A stretch of DNA of 64,000 nucleotides from positions 32,001 through 96,000 of the forward strand of contig JBJHCF010000006.1 in assembly GCA_050506795.1 (NCBI GenBank), given 5' to 3'. Source of the stretch: Opitutia bacterium (lineage in GTDB: Bacteria > Verrucomicrobiota > Verrucomicrobiia > Opitutales > T3Sed10-336). Of the stretch, positions 10,475 through 20,694 are shown in pieces. A program made the translations under genes and the position numbers. The notes below the pieces were generated by a model. It was not told where the DNA came from. It saw only the letters and a program-made list of their open reading frames with translations, and did not search any database. Numbering within the stretch: the stretch's first letter is position 1; each line of letters opens with the position of its first letter.

Positions 10475-11860
10475 ATGAGACGAACACTATTTGTGGGCCT
10501 GGCTGTGGCGCTAACCTGGCCTGGCTTGGTGCAGGCGGAGCGGGTAGTGCAGCGCGAACTGGACGTGGGACCGACGTGGTCGGTGCATCAGACCGCCAGC
10601 CCGAAACTCTACACCCGTGACGGGTATCAGTACGTGCTTTATTACGACGATGAGCGCTATCTTTGCCTGGCCCAACGGGAGTTAAATACGGGTGAATGGA
10701 CGCATCACCGCTTGCCGGTTCAGACGCGGTGGGCAACGGGAGGGCACGCCCGTCTCGCGTTGGCGGTCGACGCCGATGGGCACGTGCATGTGGCTCCGTA
10801 CCGGCGAGATCTGGCTGAATCACCGCCGAGCCCTCCGGACACGATCTATTATCGCAGCGAGCAGCCGCACGATCTGGACACGCTCCAGCGCAGGCCGATG
10901 GTCGATTTGGATGAGCCGAACCCCGGCTACCCCACGTTCATCGAAGGCCCGGACGGGACGCTCTACTTCGAGTACCGCATCGGCGGCAGCGGCCAGGGCT
11001 CGCAGCGGTGGAACGTCTATGATGCCCAGCGAGGCACATGGGAGGCATTGCCGGTGATGCTGGATGGCGAGGGTGAACGCAGCGCCTACGGCGGTCCGCG
11101 CCTGGGCCCGGACGGGCGATGGCACTGCTTCTGGGTCTGGCGGGAGACGCCCGATGCCGAGACGACCAATATTGTGGCCTACATGCGAAGCGAGAATCTG
11201 CGGGATTGGGAGACGGCTGCCGGCGAGGAACTCGAGTTGCCCATTACCGCGAAAAACGAAAAGGTGGTGGTCGATCCGGTAGAGCCGGGCAAGGGGCTGC
11301 TGAATTCGATCAAGGCCCTTGGTTGGGATTCGCAGGACCGGCCGATCGTGAGCTATCACAAGTACGACGAGCAGGGCAACAGCCAGATCTACAACGCCCG
11401 GTATGAGAACGGCCGCTGGTGGATTGTGCAGGCGACAGATTGGGATTTCCGCTGGGACTTCAGCGGCAGGGGCGCGCTGAACGAGCAGATCGGGACGCAG
11501 GGCCCCGAGCCGGCCGGTGCAGGGCAACTTCACCAGCGGGTTTGGTCTGGCGAGCGTGGCTCGCAGCGGCTGGTACTCGATGAGCGGACGCTCAAGCCGG
11601 TTGAGGATCCGGAGCAGGTCGAGGCGGTGGGGGTGGCCGATGGGTTGGCTGCCTGGCAGCGCGAGCGCAGCGATCCGGAGTCGGAGTTTGCCGCAAGGCC
11701 GATGCGGGTGCATTGGATCGCGGACAAGGGCGAGACCGATGAGCCGGGCGTGGAATACTGGCTGCGCTGGGAAGTCGGCCCACGAAACCGGGACCAGCCG
11801 GTTTCCGAACCGTGGCCCGAGGCAACCATGCTGCGGTTGTATCGGGTAGGGAGTCGATAA
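10475..11860 (+). CDS. Secreted BNR-repeat (BNR_4-like) beta-propeller protein, possibly polysaccharide-lyase-like
   Basis: Signal peptide. AVDADGHVHV, YPTF, YRIGGSG.G, WVWRET, YMRS..L..WE, ATDWDFRWDFSG. Confidence 0.7.
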   Translation: MRRTLFVGLAVALTWPGLVQAERVVQRELDVGPTWSVHQTASPKLYTRDGYQYVLYYDDERYLCLAQRELNTGEWTHHRLPVQTRWATGGHARLALAVDADGHVHVAPYRRDLAESPPSPPDTIYYRSEQPHDLDTLQRRPMVDLDEPNPGYPTFIEGPDGTLYFEYRIGGSGQGSQRWNVYDAQRGTWEALPVMLDGEGERSAYGGPRLGPDGRWHCFWVWRETPDAETTNIVAYMRSENLRDWETAAGEELELPITAKNEKVVVDPVEPGKGLLNSIKALGWDSQDRPIVSYHKYDEQGNSQIYNARYENGRWWIVQATDWDFRWDFSGRGALNEQIGTQGPEPAGAGQLHQRVWSGERGSQRLVLDERTLKPVEDPEQVEAVGVADGLAAWQRERSDPESEFAARPMRVHWIADKGETDEPGVEYWLRWEVGPRNRDQPVSEPWPEATMLRLYRVGSR

Positions 11861-11896
11861 GAAGCTTGGTTAGGTTGGGAACGGTATCAAGCGATC

Positions 11897-12523
11897 ATGG
11901 GACTCTACGCAAAGTACGTTCTTCCCCGTGTGATCGACATCGCGATGCGCAACAGGGAGGTCGAACGCCTCCGGGCCGAATGGATACCGAAGGCCCGCGG
12001 AGAAGTCCTGGAAATCGGCATCGGCTCCGGGCTGAACCTGCCCTTCTATTCGTCTGAGGTGGCTCGAATCCATGCCGTGGACCCTTCACCCCAGCTCTTG
12101 AAGATGGCCCGAGAACGGGCGGCCAGGACCGCATTCGACCTTGAATTCCTCAGCCAATCCGCCGAGGAAGTCCTGCCCGTGGAGCCCGGCAGTATCGACA
12201 CGGTGGTGATCACCTGGAGCCTTTGCTCCATCCAAGATCCGGAAAAAGCCCTTGAGCAGGCGAGGCGGGTTCTGAGGGCCGACGGAATGCTTATTTTCCT
12301 GGAGCATGGTCGAGCTCCCGATCCTTCCGTGCGTAAATGGCAGGATCGGATCACTCCCTGCTGGAAACATGGAGCGGGAGGGTGTCACCTGAATCGGGAG
12401 ATCGACACGTTGATTCGCGAATCCGGCTTCCAGATTGCGGAGTTGACGAAAGACTATCTTCGAGGGCCGCGCCTGCTGACATACACGTATCGGGGAGTTG
12501 CCTTTCCTCCTGATGGGCTATGA
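11897..12523 (+). CDS. Class I SAM-dependent methyltransferase
   Basis: VLEIGIGSGLNL, DTVV..WSLCSI, FLEHG, GGCHLNR. Confidence 0.9.
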   Translation: MGLYAKYVLPRVIDIAMRNREVERLRAEWIPKARGEVLEIGIGSGLNLPFYSSEVARIHAVDPSPQLLKMARERAARTAFDLEFLSQSAEEVLPVEPGSIDTVVITWSLCSIQDPEKALEQARRVLRADGMLIFLEHGRAPDPSVRKWQDRITPCWKHGAGGCHLNREIDTLIRESGFQIAELTKDYLRGPRLLTYTYRGVAFPPDGL

Positions 12524-12701
12524 ACGTCGCCGTTCATCCGGCAGGACAGCTGGCGCCGTTGGAGCAGGAAGCGGTGAGGACGCCGGCGAAGTTGTGCGGG
12601 TGAGAGGTGGGGGCTTCTATGGGTTCTCCTCGCGGGTTTTTGCGGGCGGACTCTTAGCTGCACAATAAATGGCCGTGGATTCAACTGCCGTGCCTATCGC
12701 A

Positions 12702-12731
12702 TTGACGTGGGTGACGATTTTCGCATATAAT
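12702..12731 (+). promoter_or_regulatory. Sigma70-type promoter TTGACG-N18-TATAAT
   Basis: Near-consensus hexamers immediately upstream of the PEP-CTERM gene. Confidence 0.65.
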
Positions 12732-12747
12732 TATTTGCCTGAAACCT

Positions 12748-13389
12748 TTGCTGCCACTCCTGTTCTCCAGCATTTTCCTGGCGTCAACCGTCGTCGGGCA
12801 GATTATTTATTCCGGAGACCTGACGGCGACTGTGGGGCACGAAGGGGTTGATCTCAATGGAGACGGGGAGGCGAACCTTCGGTTGAATTGGGTTTTTCTG
12901 ACGACCACGGACATTCCCCCGTCCGCTCAACGCTCGTCGCTCGAAGTTACCCCTTTGCCCGGAAGCAGCATCCTGCGGAAAGAGGGAAGAGCGGGCCTTT
13001 CGGAAGGAACGCTCATCGGGGCCAATTCGTCCGAAGCGACCTGGGAGGCCTTGGGGAGACATTCGGTTACCTGGTTCCAAACTCCCGGAAGCGAAAAGTG
13101 GAGCGGTCCGGTGGGTGATGAAGGAGTGGGGTATGTCGGTTTTCGTTTCGAGTCGGAGCATGGGATGCGTTATGGATGGCTCCGAGTCCGATCGATCGAG
13201 AATGCCTTGAATCCGACCGGCGGTCTTTTTTGGCCCATCCCGGATTCCTGGGCCTACCAGGCTGAACCGGGGGTGCCCATTGTTGCGGGCGCGATCCCGG
13301 AACCCGCTCATGTTGCCGCATTGATCGGCCTGGCGGCGCTCACCATGGTGATCATGCGGCGACGATCAGTCATGTGGATTTCGAATTGA
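12748..13389 (+). CDS. PEP-CTERM surface protein (start codon uncertain)
   Basis: Signal-like N-terminus, VDLNGDG, GYVGFRF..YGWLRV, C-terminal IPEPAHVAALIGLAALTMVIMRRR. Confidence 0.85.
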   Translation: MLPLLFSSIFLASTVVGQIIYSGDLTATVGHEGVDLNGDGEANLRLNWVFLTTTDIPPSAQRSSLEVTPLPGSSILRKEGRAGLSEGTLIGANSSEATWEALGRHSVTWFQTPGSEKWSGPVGDEGVGYVGFRFESEHGMRYGWLRVRSIENALNPTGGLFWPIPDSWAYQAEPGVPIVAGAIPEPAHVAALIGLAALTMVIMRRRSVMWISN

Positions 13390-14060
13390 GTTCATTTGAT
13401 TATCGCAGCTCGCGGTCCGGCGTTTGGTGACTGATAGGCCCGGAGGGCCACCACTGGCCCATCCCCACCCCGAGAGGGCAGCTCCCGAGGGCTCCGAACC
13501 CAGAAAGGGGAGAAATGTTGTCCAATTCGTCAACAAATCCGGGGAGGTGGAGCGTGGTTGAGGGGAGCAAGCCGGCGATCTTGTAAACGGTGCGTGAGCG
13601 TGACCCTTAAGAGCTGCGAAACGATTCTCGGACCAAATAGGCCTTCATGCCTCTGGTCGATTTAGTTACCTGAGCGAACACGGGCTACAGTATTCATCTG
13701 TGGAGGACCCACTAAATAAAGTTAAAAAACAACCAATATCGACGAATCACTTGCGACATTGGATAGGCACAATGGTTTAGCAAACCCATTTACTGCAAAA
13801 ATCAAAGGGGTGCCACTATAGCGGGAGAACCCAAAACTGTCCAATTTTTTGCTTTGCGTGTCGGGGCCTCCGGGGCGATCGCCCTACGGCTGTGCTCCGT
13901 CCAAGATTCTCTAAGGCGTTGATGTTATGAGAAATGTGATTGAGCTATGTCAAGAGGTGTAAAATTCGGAAAAAATGTTCGAATTCTTGATTGACATGTT
14001 TTTGGGGTTCTGTATTTCGTGGAATCCTACGAGAAACGCAAAAATTTCCTGATCTCGAAT

Positions 14061-14753
14061 ATGAAGAGTGAAATGAAACTGAAGAAGAGTAACCTCTATG
14101 GGTTTACCCTAATCGAGTTGCTAACGGTGATTGCAATAATAGGTATTCTCGCCGCAATACTTATACCCGTTACAGCAAAGGTTCGAGAATCCGCTAAACG
14201 AGCGATTTGCACATCGAACTTGAGGCAAATCGGACTCTCCGCATTTCTCTATGCAAACGAGAACAATGATCGACTCCCAGTCATGACTGAACCGGGATGG
14301 CCCTTCGATGTCGATGTTGCGGTTATGAACCGACTTATAGAAACAGGCGGGGGCGAGCGGGATATGTTCTATTGTCCTTCGGCCAGAGTCGGATTCGAAC
14401 AGTTGTGGGACTATCGAGTCGGGGACGATAACGAGTCCGGGCGAAGGGTAATCAATTATGTTCTTCTATTTACGGGTGTTTCAATGGTCAGAAGCGAATA
14501 TACGAATACCCACGTTAGGGAGCCGGATGGTTACCGAAAACCAGGCAGTCGTGATGTCGTGTACCTAACAATGAGTCAGAGGGAGTTAGCGCTTGATGCA
14601 ATAATACCCAGCCGCGTTGACCGCACTAATCATATAGAGGGCAATTCCCCTGCTGGAGGTAATATTCTCTTCTTAGATGGGCATGTTAAGTGGCGAACAT
14701 TTTCTGAGATGGATGGATCAAAAGTTAACGGTAGCCCTGAGTTTTGGTGGTAG
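14061..14753 (+). CDS. Second prepilin-type / H-X9-DG-like protein, paralog of 6591-7322
   Basis: [49 protein letters not shown]. Confidence 0.9.
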   Translation: MKSEMKLKKSNLYGFTLIELLTVIAIIGILAAILIPVTAKVRESAKRAICTSNLRQIGLSAFLYANENNDRLPVMTEPGWPFDVDVAVMNRLIETGGGERDMFYCPSARVGFEQLWDYRVGDDNESGRRVINYVLLFTGVSMVRSEYTNTHVREPDGYRKPGSRDVVYLTMSQRELALDAIIPSRVDRTNHIEGNSPAGGNILFLDGHVKWRTFSEMDGSKVNGSPEFWW

Positions 14754-14832
14754 AGTCAACCTAGCGAGGGTCTTCCGCCTAAGAATAAATATCTGGATGC
14801 CCAAATCTAAATAACAAAATAACAAAAATGCG

Positions 14833-17550
14833 ATGAATGACGTAATTAAAATTAATCTGCGTGAAATGAAGTTCACATCAGCTTTAGGATTCATATGCGT
14901 ATCGTTGTTTTTTACAATTTCGATCGTCGAAGGCGATATCACAGACAATCTGATTGGTCACTGGAAACTTAATGAAAGCGACCCAAATAGTCTAGTCGTT
15001 TTAAACTCCGCTCCTGTGGCCGATCCTGAACATGGGGAGCGAACTCAAACGATGCAATTGAATCGCGTGTCACCGACAGGAACGGGTTACTACTTTGACG
15101 GTGCTGGGAATAATGACTTTGTGAGTTTGGGAACATCATATGTAGATAAACTTCGCGACGTGCGTGAAATGTCTTTTAGCGGCTGGATCTGGATGGACTT
15201 CCTCCGTCCATTGACCAATCCGGATCAACCGTTTCACAGCAGACAGACAATTATAGGTGCGAATTTCAGGTGGTATCTGACTCTAGAGCAGGAAGGCCTG
15301 TTTCGCTACATTGTTTTCGATCAAGAAGAGGGTGAGTGGCAGGGAATAAATCCATTGTTTGAGTTTGAACCGCGAATACCGGCAAAAGAATTCGTTCATA
15401 TTGGCTTTACTCATGGGTATGATCCCGAGTGGGACGACATGCCCATGCGATTGTATATCAATGGAGAGTTGGTGGATGAATTTTTTGCGCATCCATCAAT
15501 AGATAATTTGAAAATAGATGGCGACGTTTTGCATTTGGGGCGGTTCGAGGGATTTAATGTTGAACATTTGGCGCGAGATTTTGATGGGGTGATGTCGGAC
15601 ATCGGCCTGTGGGCGGGCCGAGAACTTACTCATGCGGAAATCGCGATGATCGGTGGCATGGGCCGTGCCGGGGTGTCACTGTCCGCGGGCGAGATCGATG
15701 AAGTTTTGGCACTGTACACCGACCAGGGTGGCACGGTGACCACGGGGGATTGGGAATGGAGTTACACGACGAGTTTTGGCATACCGGCGGATGGTTCGGC
15801 CCTGGGATTGGGTAAGCATTATTACGGGGAGGACGATCATATTTACGTGATTCTGGGTGGCAGTGAGGGTAATTGGACGGGGGTCACCGCCGAGGGTGGG
15901 GAACCGTTCGGCATTCCGATCCGGATCCTGGAAGAACCGGAAGACGTGATTGTGAACGCGGGTGAAACGGCCATGTTCGAAGTTGAAGTGGCATCGGTGG
16001 GGGCCGTTGAATATCAGTGGCACTTCCTGCCTCTGGGTGGTTCATCAGTGGAACTTGTGGGAGAAACGGGTTTAGTCTTAACACGCGAGAATGTTGGAAT
16101 CGAGGATTGGGGGCATTATTTTTGTGAGATCAGCGAGGTGGATGGCGATTTTTCGGTGATTAGTCGTCAGGCCTCTCTGACGATTCTAGGGACGTCTGGC
16201 TTGATTGGGCATTGGAAACTGGATGAGACGGACCCGGCCAGCCTTGTAGTGCACAACTCGGGCCTTATTGGAGGGCCGGGTGAGCGGACCACTACCATTG
16301 AAATCAATCAGACTGCTCCGGTGAGCCGGGGGTATCTGTTTGATGGAGTTGCGAATGACGACGTAGTGGCGATTGGAACATGGCCTCGGCAGTTATTGAA
16401 CACAACCAACGAATTGACCTATTCGGCATGGATTAAGCCGACGTTTCTGCGTGACCCGAACCCTTCGGCCGCTCATACTACCAGGCATAATCTGATCTCA
16501 CTGGGGAACCCCGCGCAACAAGCCTCCTTTTTTGTGAGTCTTCAAACGAGCGATCCTGGAGAAGCCCAGTTCTTTATTTGGGTGCCTGATGGTCAGGCAA
16601 CCTGGTTTATCACTGAGATACCCGAACCGGTAAAGGTGGGCGAGTTTACACATGTGGCGGTTACCCGTGCGGAGACCGGTCCCGATGAAACAACCGCCTA
16701 TGTCTACGTCAATGGCGTGATGGTCCATGCGCAAGGAGGATTGTCGGCTGGCAATTTTCAGATCAGCGATCATCCGAATTATCTTGGGCGTCAACATGGT
16801 CTTCCGGCGCGAGATTTTGACGGCATCATGTCGGATGTCGGCCTGTGGTCGGGTCAGGCGTTGAGCGGGGCGGAAATTGCGATCATCGGTGGTTTGGGGC
16901 GTGCCGGTTTTTCCCTTTCTTCAAGGGGCGAGATTGATGAAGTTTTGGCACTGTATACTGCCCAGGACGGCACGGTGATCACCAGGGATTGGGAATGGAG
17001 TTACACGACGAGTTTTGGCATACCGGCGGATGGTTCGGCCCTGGGATTGGGTAAGCATTATTACGGAGAGGACGACCATATTTACGTGATTCTGGGTGGC
17101 AGTGAGGGTTCCTGGACGGGACTTAAATCCGAAGCGCGCGAACCTGGCGACGGATACGATGCGTGGGCGGCAGGTTTTGGTCTTGATCCGTATGGCGACG
17201 GAGCCTTTGACTCCAATCCTTCAGGAGACGGTATCGAAAACCTGCTCAAGTACGCGCTTGGTCTGAATCCGCACCTTTCCGAACGCGGTCACATGCCATG
17301 GGAGACCATTCAACAAATTGACGGAGAGAATTACCTGACCCTGACCTTCACTCGGCCAGGGAACCTGACGGACGTCATTTATCATGTGGAGGCATCGGGC
17401 GATCTGGCGGACTGGACATCCCCTGCGGTGCAATACGGGGAACCAGTCGAAAACGGAGACGGCACTGTTACGGTTACCTACCGTGATTCGGAACCGATTG
17501 GCGAGGCTGATCGGCGCTTTCTTCGCCTACGTGTGGAACGGGGTCTCTAG
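14833..17550 (+). CDS. Secreted tandem LamG/ConA + Ig-like protein with Verrucomicrobia-type C-terminal domain
   Basis: Two LIGHWKL.E..HVAVT..YVNG..FDG.MSD modules, Ig-like EEPEDV..YQW..YFC, and C-terminal YDAWA..DGIENLLKYALG..RRFLRLRVE. Confidence 0.8.
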   Translation: MNDVIKINLREMKFTSALGFICVSLFFTISIVEGDITDNLIGHWKLNESDPNSLVVLNSAPVADPEHGERTQTMQLNRVSPTGTGYYFDGAGNNDFVSLGTSYVDKLRDVREMSFSGWIWMDFLRPLTNPDQPFHSRQTIIGANFRWYLTLEQEGLFRYIVFDQEEGEWQGINPLFEFEPRIPAKEFVHIGFTHGYDPEWDDMPMRLYINGELVDEFFAHPSIDNLKIDGDVLHLGRFEGFNVEHLARDFDGVMSDIGLWAGRELTHAEIAMIGGMGRAGVSLSAGEIDEVLALYTDQGGTVTTGDWEWSYTTSFGIPADGSALGLGKHYYGEDDHIYVILGGSEGNWTGVTAEGGEPFGIPIRILEEPEDVIVNAGETAMFEVEVASVGAVEYQWHFLPLGGSSVELVGETGLVLTRENVGIEDWGHYFCEISEVDGDFSVISRQASLTILGTSGLIGHWKLDETDPASLVVHNSGLIGGPGERTTTIEINQTAPVSRGYLFDGVANDDVVAIGTWPRQLLNTTNELTYSAWIKPTFLRDPNPSAAHTTRHNLISLGNPAQQASFFVSLQTSDPGEAQFFIWVPDGQATWFITEIPEPVKVGEFTHVAVTRAETGPDETTAYVYVNGVMVHAQGGLSAGNFQISDHPNYLGRQHGLPARDFDGIMSDVGLWSGQALSGAEIAIIGGLGRAGFSLSSRGEIDEVLALYTAQDGTVITRDWEWSYTTSFGIPADGSALGLGKHYYGEDDHIYVILGGSEGSWTGLKSEAREPGDGYDAWAAGFGLDPYGDGAFDSNPSGDGIENLLKYALGLNPHLSERGHMPWETIQQIDGENYLTLTFTRPGNLTDVIYHVEASGDLADWTSPAVQYGEPVENGDGTVTVTYRDSEPIGEADRRFLRLRVERGL
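15571..15881 (+). repeat. Intragenic repeat, copy 1 (copy 2 at ~16807-17120)
   Basis: Both copies encode WEWSYTTSFGIPADGSALGLGKHYYGEDDHIYVILGGSEG, with ~80 bp of identical DNA. Confidence 0.9.
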
Positions 17551-17658
17551 AAGGTAGTTTAGGGCTGTGAAAACGGGGTGGATTGTTGCGTTGGGAACGT
17601 CTGGAACCAGGCATTGACTTGCCTGGTGGTTATTGAAATGTGGGCCGTCCGAGATCGC

Positions 17659-18966
17659 ATGGAGAAAGAAATTAAGGTGAATTTTCCGATTCGTTTGTTA
17701 ACGGTGTTAGTATTTTCGGCGTGCGTTTCATTCGGTGAATACTCTCTGGCAGGGGCGGACAAGCCTCCTGGTGTCGTGGTGTCCCATTCGCCGCATGTGT
17801 CAGGAGTTTATTATGGTTCACCGAGCGTATTGGCTGTCGATAGTGATGTGTATCTTGTGTCTCATGACGAGTACGGACCGAATGTTTCTCCGAGTAGCCG
17901 GAGCACGCATGTGTATAGATCCGCCGATGCGGGAGAGACTTGGGAAAGAATCGCCAGGATCGGAGATGTGGGATTGCACTGGTCGAATCTCTTCGCGCTT
18001 AACTCGAATAAATACCTGTTTGGCGCGGATAAGTATGGTAATACGGTGATTCTTAAGTCGGAAGACGAAGGATGGACTTGGACACGGCCACTGGATGAGC
18101 ACACTGGGCTGCTGAAGGAGGGGAGTTATCACCCCCTTTCGCCCGGGGTGCTGGTGCATAACGGCCGGGTCTGGCGTGCGAATGAGTACGCCCGCCCGGG
18201 GGAGCGTTGGGGATCGAACTTCGAGGCGTTCGTGATGAGTGCTCCAGTGGATTCCGACCTCCTCATAAGCGAAAGTTGGATCTTGTCAAATCGGATCGGC
18301 TATAACGCGGAATGGCTAGAGGGCCGCTTCGGTGGGTGGTTGGAAGGTAATGCCGTGGTCACGCCCGACGGGGCAGTGGTGAACATGTTGCGCGTGCAGT
18401 TTGGAGCCAATCGTTTCAATAGTACTTGGAGTGGGTACGATGGTGTCGGCAAGGCGGCGATTCATGAGATCACCGACGACGGGGAGGTTGCCGCATTCGA
18501 TTCGGAGACCGGCTTTATTGAATTTCCCGGCGGTCTGGTCCGGTTTCAGATCCAGAGAGATCCGGAAACCGGCTACTACTGGTCCCTGACCTCGTTTGTC
18601 CCTCCGATCCACCGGGATGCAAAGTCGATCAGCGACCGGATCCGGAACACGGTGGCGCTGGTCCGGTCGACGGACCTGCGCACATGGGAGATCCGCACGG
18701 TGGTGCTCTATGAGCCCGATCCGTTCCGATTTGGGTTTCAATATCTAAGCTGGCAATTCGACGGCGACGATATGGTGGCGGTCAGCCGGACATCGTACCC
18801 GGACGAGACCAGCGCTGACGTCGGCTTTGGCATTGATCAGGCACATGACGCCAATTATATCACGTTCCATCGCTTTGAGAACTTCCGTGAACTGACCCTG
18901 GAGAATTCGGTGGTGAATCCAAGGGATTTGGGAATGATTGTCGAATCGTCCAATCGACCGTATTGA
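17659..18966 (+). CDS. Sialidase/BNR (Asp-box) family protein
   Basis: Asp-boxes SADAGETW, SEDEGWTW and STDLRTW; GGWLEGNAV; AHDANY. Confidence 0.8.
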   Translation: MEKEIKVNFPIRLLTVLVFSACVSFGEYSLAGADKPPGVVVSHSPHVSGVYYGSPSVLAVDSDVYLVSHDEYGPNVSPSSRSTHVYRSADAGETWERIARIGDVGLHWSNLFALNSNKYLFGADKYGNTVILKSEDEGWTWTRPLDEHTGLLKEGSYHPLSPGVLVHNGRVWRANEYARPGERWGSNFEAFVMSAPVDSDLLISESWILSNRIGYNAEWLEGRFGGWLEGNAVVTPDGAVVNMLRVQFGANRFNSTWSGYDGVGKAAIHEITDDGEVAAFDSETGFIEFPGGLVRFQIQRDPETGYYWSLTSFVPPIHRDAKSISDRIRNTVALVRSTDLRTWEIRTVVLYEPDPFRFGFQYLSWQFDGDDMVAVSRTSYPDETSADVGFGIDQAHDANYITFHRFENFRELTLENSVVNPRDLGMIVESSNRPY

Positions 18967-19016
18967 ATGCTCAACACCCATCGCAAAAAATCCAAAATCT
19001 TTATTGGGAAAAGTTA

Positions 19017-20690
19017 ATGAAGAATAGGTCGAAAAATATGACTAGGACAGCATTGATATTGGCATTTTTAACCTTTCTGGCCTTGATTGCGGGCTATTCA
19101 CAGGAGGACACGGGGGCCACGGTTATAAGGATTGAGGCGTCGCATTCGGCGGATAATGTCACGGCGCTCTACAATGGCGTCACGGGGGAATCTTCGGGCG
19201 ATTACAACGTACCGCGTTTTACCTGGTGGGATCGCAAGGGGACGCGTGAATGGGTGAGTTACATCTTTGATCGCCCGGCGGAGGTTTCTTTGATTGAATT
19301 ACAATGGTTTGACGATACCGGACGGGGTCAGTGCCGGGTGCCGGCGTCGTGGCGGTTGCTCTACCGCGATGGGGGTAAGTGGAAAACGGTTCAGGTGAAG
19401 GGCTTGTTTGAGGTTACGGGCGATGAGATAATTGAGGTCGAATTTGAGCCGGTCACTGCAGACGGACTGCGGATCGAGGTTCAACTTCAGCCGGAATACT
19501 CGGGCGGCCTGTTGGCTTGGCATGTACCCGGATTGATGTTTCCCGGGAATACGTCACCGCCGTTCATGGTGAAGGAAGACTTATTTGATCATAGCAATGA
19601 AGACACGCTGGGCCTTTCTGTCGCTCCCGGCACGGAGACGATCACCATTTTCGCCCCGAACGATGACACGGATAAGTTCAGTCACGGCACTCAGCTTATG
19701 CCATTTAAGGGGCACCTTTACGCGATGTGGCAAAGTACACCTCGTCATGAAGATTCACCCGATTCATGGGTGGCCTACAGTCGCAGTCCAGACGGGAAGG
19801 AATGGGAGGACCCGATGGAGCTTGTAGCTGCAATGCCCGAAGGTGAACCGGGCTTCCGGTCCGGGGGCGGGTGGTGGACCAACGGTGAGGTTTTGGTGTC
19901 CTACATCCAGTGGGTTAGTGGATGGGGAGGTGGCGGGTGGCGTTATACTCAGTACATGACCAGCCTCGACGGGATCAACTGGAGTGAACTGAAGATGCTT
20001 GAAAATGATGCGGGCGAGCCGATAAATGGTGCGATGGAGGAAAGCGTGGCAAAAATGCCGGATGGACGCCTGTTGGTCAATTTTCAGGGAACAAGTGAAG
20101 ACAACACGAAACTAATAGTGATTCCCTATTATACAGACGATCCAAGCGGATTGAGCGGCTGGACACCGGCCGAATTGCCCTTGTTGCCGTCCAGCGGCGG
20201 GCAGGCACGAGGCCTTGAGCCGAGTTGGTTTATGAGACCGGACGGTTCGATTGTGAATATTTTTCGCGATCAGCACGAAACCTTCCGTCTGTTGGCCTCC
20301 GTGAGTGAAGATCGAGGAGAAACGTGGAGCGAAAAGGCGCTGACTAACATGCGGGATTCTCGCTCGATGCAGGCGGCTGGCAACCTGCCGGACGGTACGG
20401 CTTACATTATTAACAATCCTGTCGAGCACTCGAGGCGGCTCCCGTTGACGGTGACCCTGAGCAGGGACGGAATCCATTTTGATCGGGCCTACCTTCTGCG
20501 GGGGAAAAGCGATCTTCAGCCGCAGCGGTATTCGGGAAGGGCGAAAGGGCAAGGCTACAGTTACCCGGGGCGGCTGGTGTGGAACGGCTATCTGTATGCA
20601 AGCTACGCGACCAACAAAGAGGATGTTGAGATCACTCGGGTGCCTCTCGAATCACTGATCTTCAAGGAAGAAGCGAAATTTTCTGAATGA
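19017..20690 (+). CDS. Discoidin/CBM-like N-domain + BNR_2 exo-sialidase-like protein
   Basis: FTWWD.KGT.EWV..WFDD..CRVPASW domain; Asp-boxes SPDGKEW, SLDGINW, SEDRGETW; GYSYP. Confidence 0.8.
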   Translation: MKNRSKNMTRTALILAFLTFLALIAGYSQEDTGATVIRIEASHSADNVTALYNGVTGESSGDYNVPRFTWWDRKGTREWVSYIFDRPAEVSLIELQWFDDTGRGQCRVPASWRLLYRDGGKWKTVQVKGLFEVTGDEIIEVEFEPVTADGLRIEVQLQPEYSGGLLAWHVPGLMFPGNTSPPFMVKEDLFDHSNEDTLGLSVAPGTETITIFAPNDDTDKFSHGTQLMPFKGHLYAMWQSTPRHEDSPDSWVAYSRSPDGKEWEDPMELVAAMPEGEPGFRSGGGWWTNGEVLVSYIQWVSGWGGGGWRYTQYMTSLDGINWSELKMLENDAGEPINGAMEESVAKMPDGRLLVNFQGTSEDNTKLIVIPYYTDDPSGLSGWTPAELPLLPSSGGQARGLEPSWFMRPDGSIVNIFRDQHETFRLLASVSEDRGETWSEKALTNMRDSRSMQAAGNLPDGTAYIINNPVEHSRRLPLTVTLSRDGIHFDRAYLLRGKSDLQPQRYSGRAKGQGYSYPGRLVWNGYLYASYATNKEDVEITRVPLESLIFKEEAKFSE

Positions 20691-20694
20691 CGGC

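Noticed and set aside
13390..14010. Long intergenic region as a riboswitch/ncRNA, and a lone GTAG-like palindrome at ~13860-13888
   Set aside because: No recognisable RNA family, and only a single unsupported copy of the palindrome.
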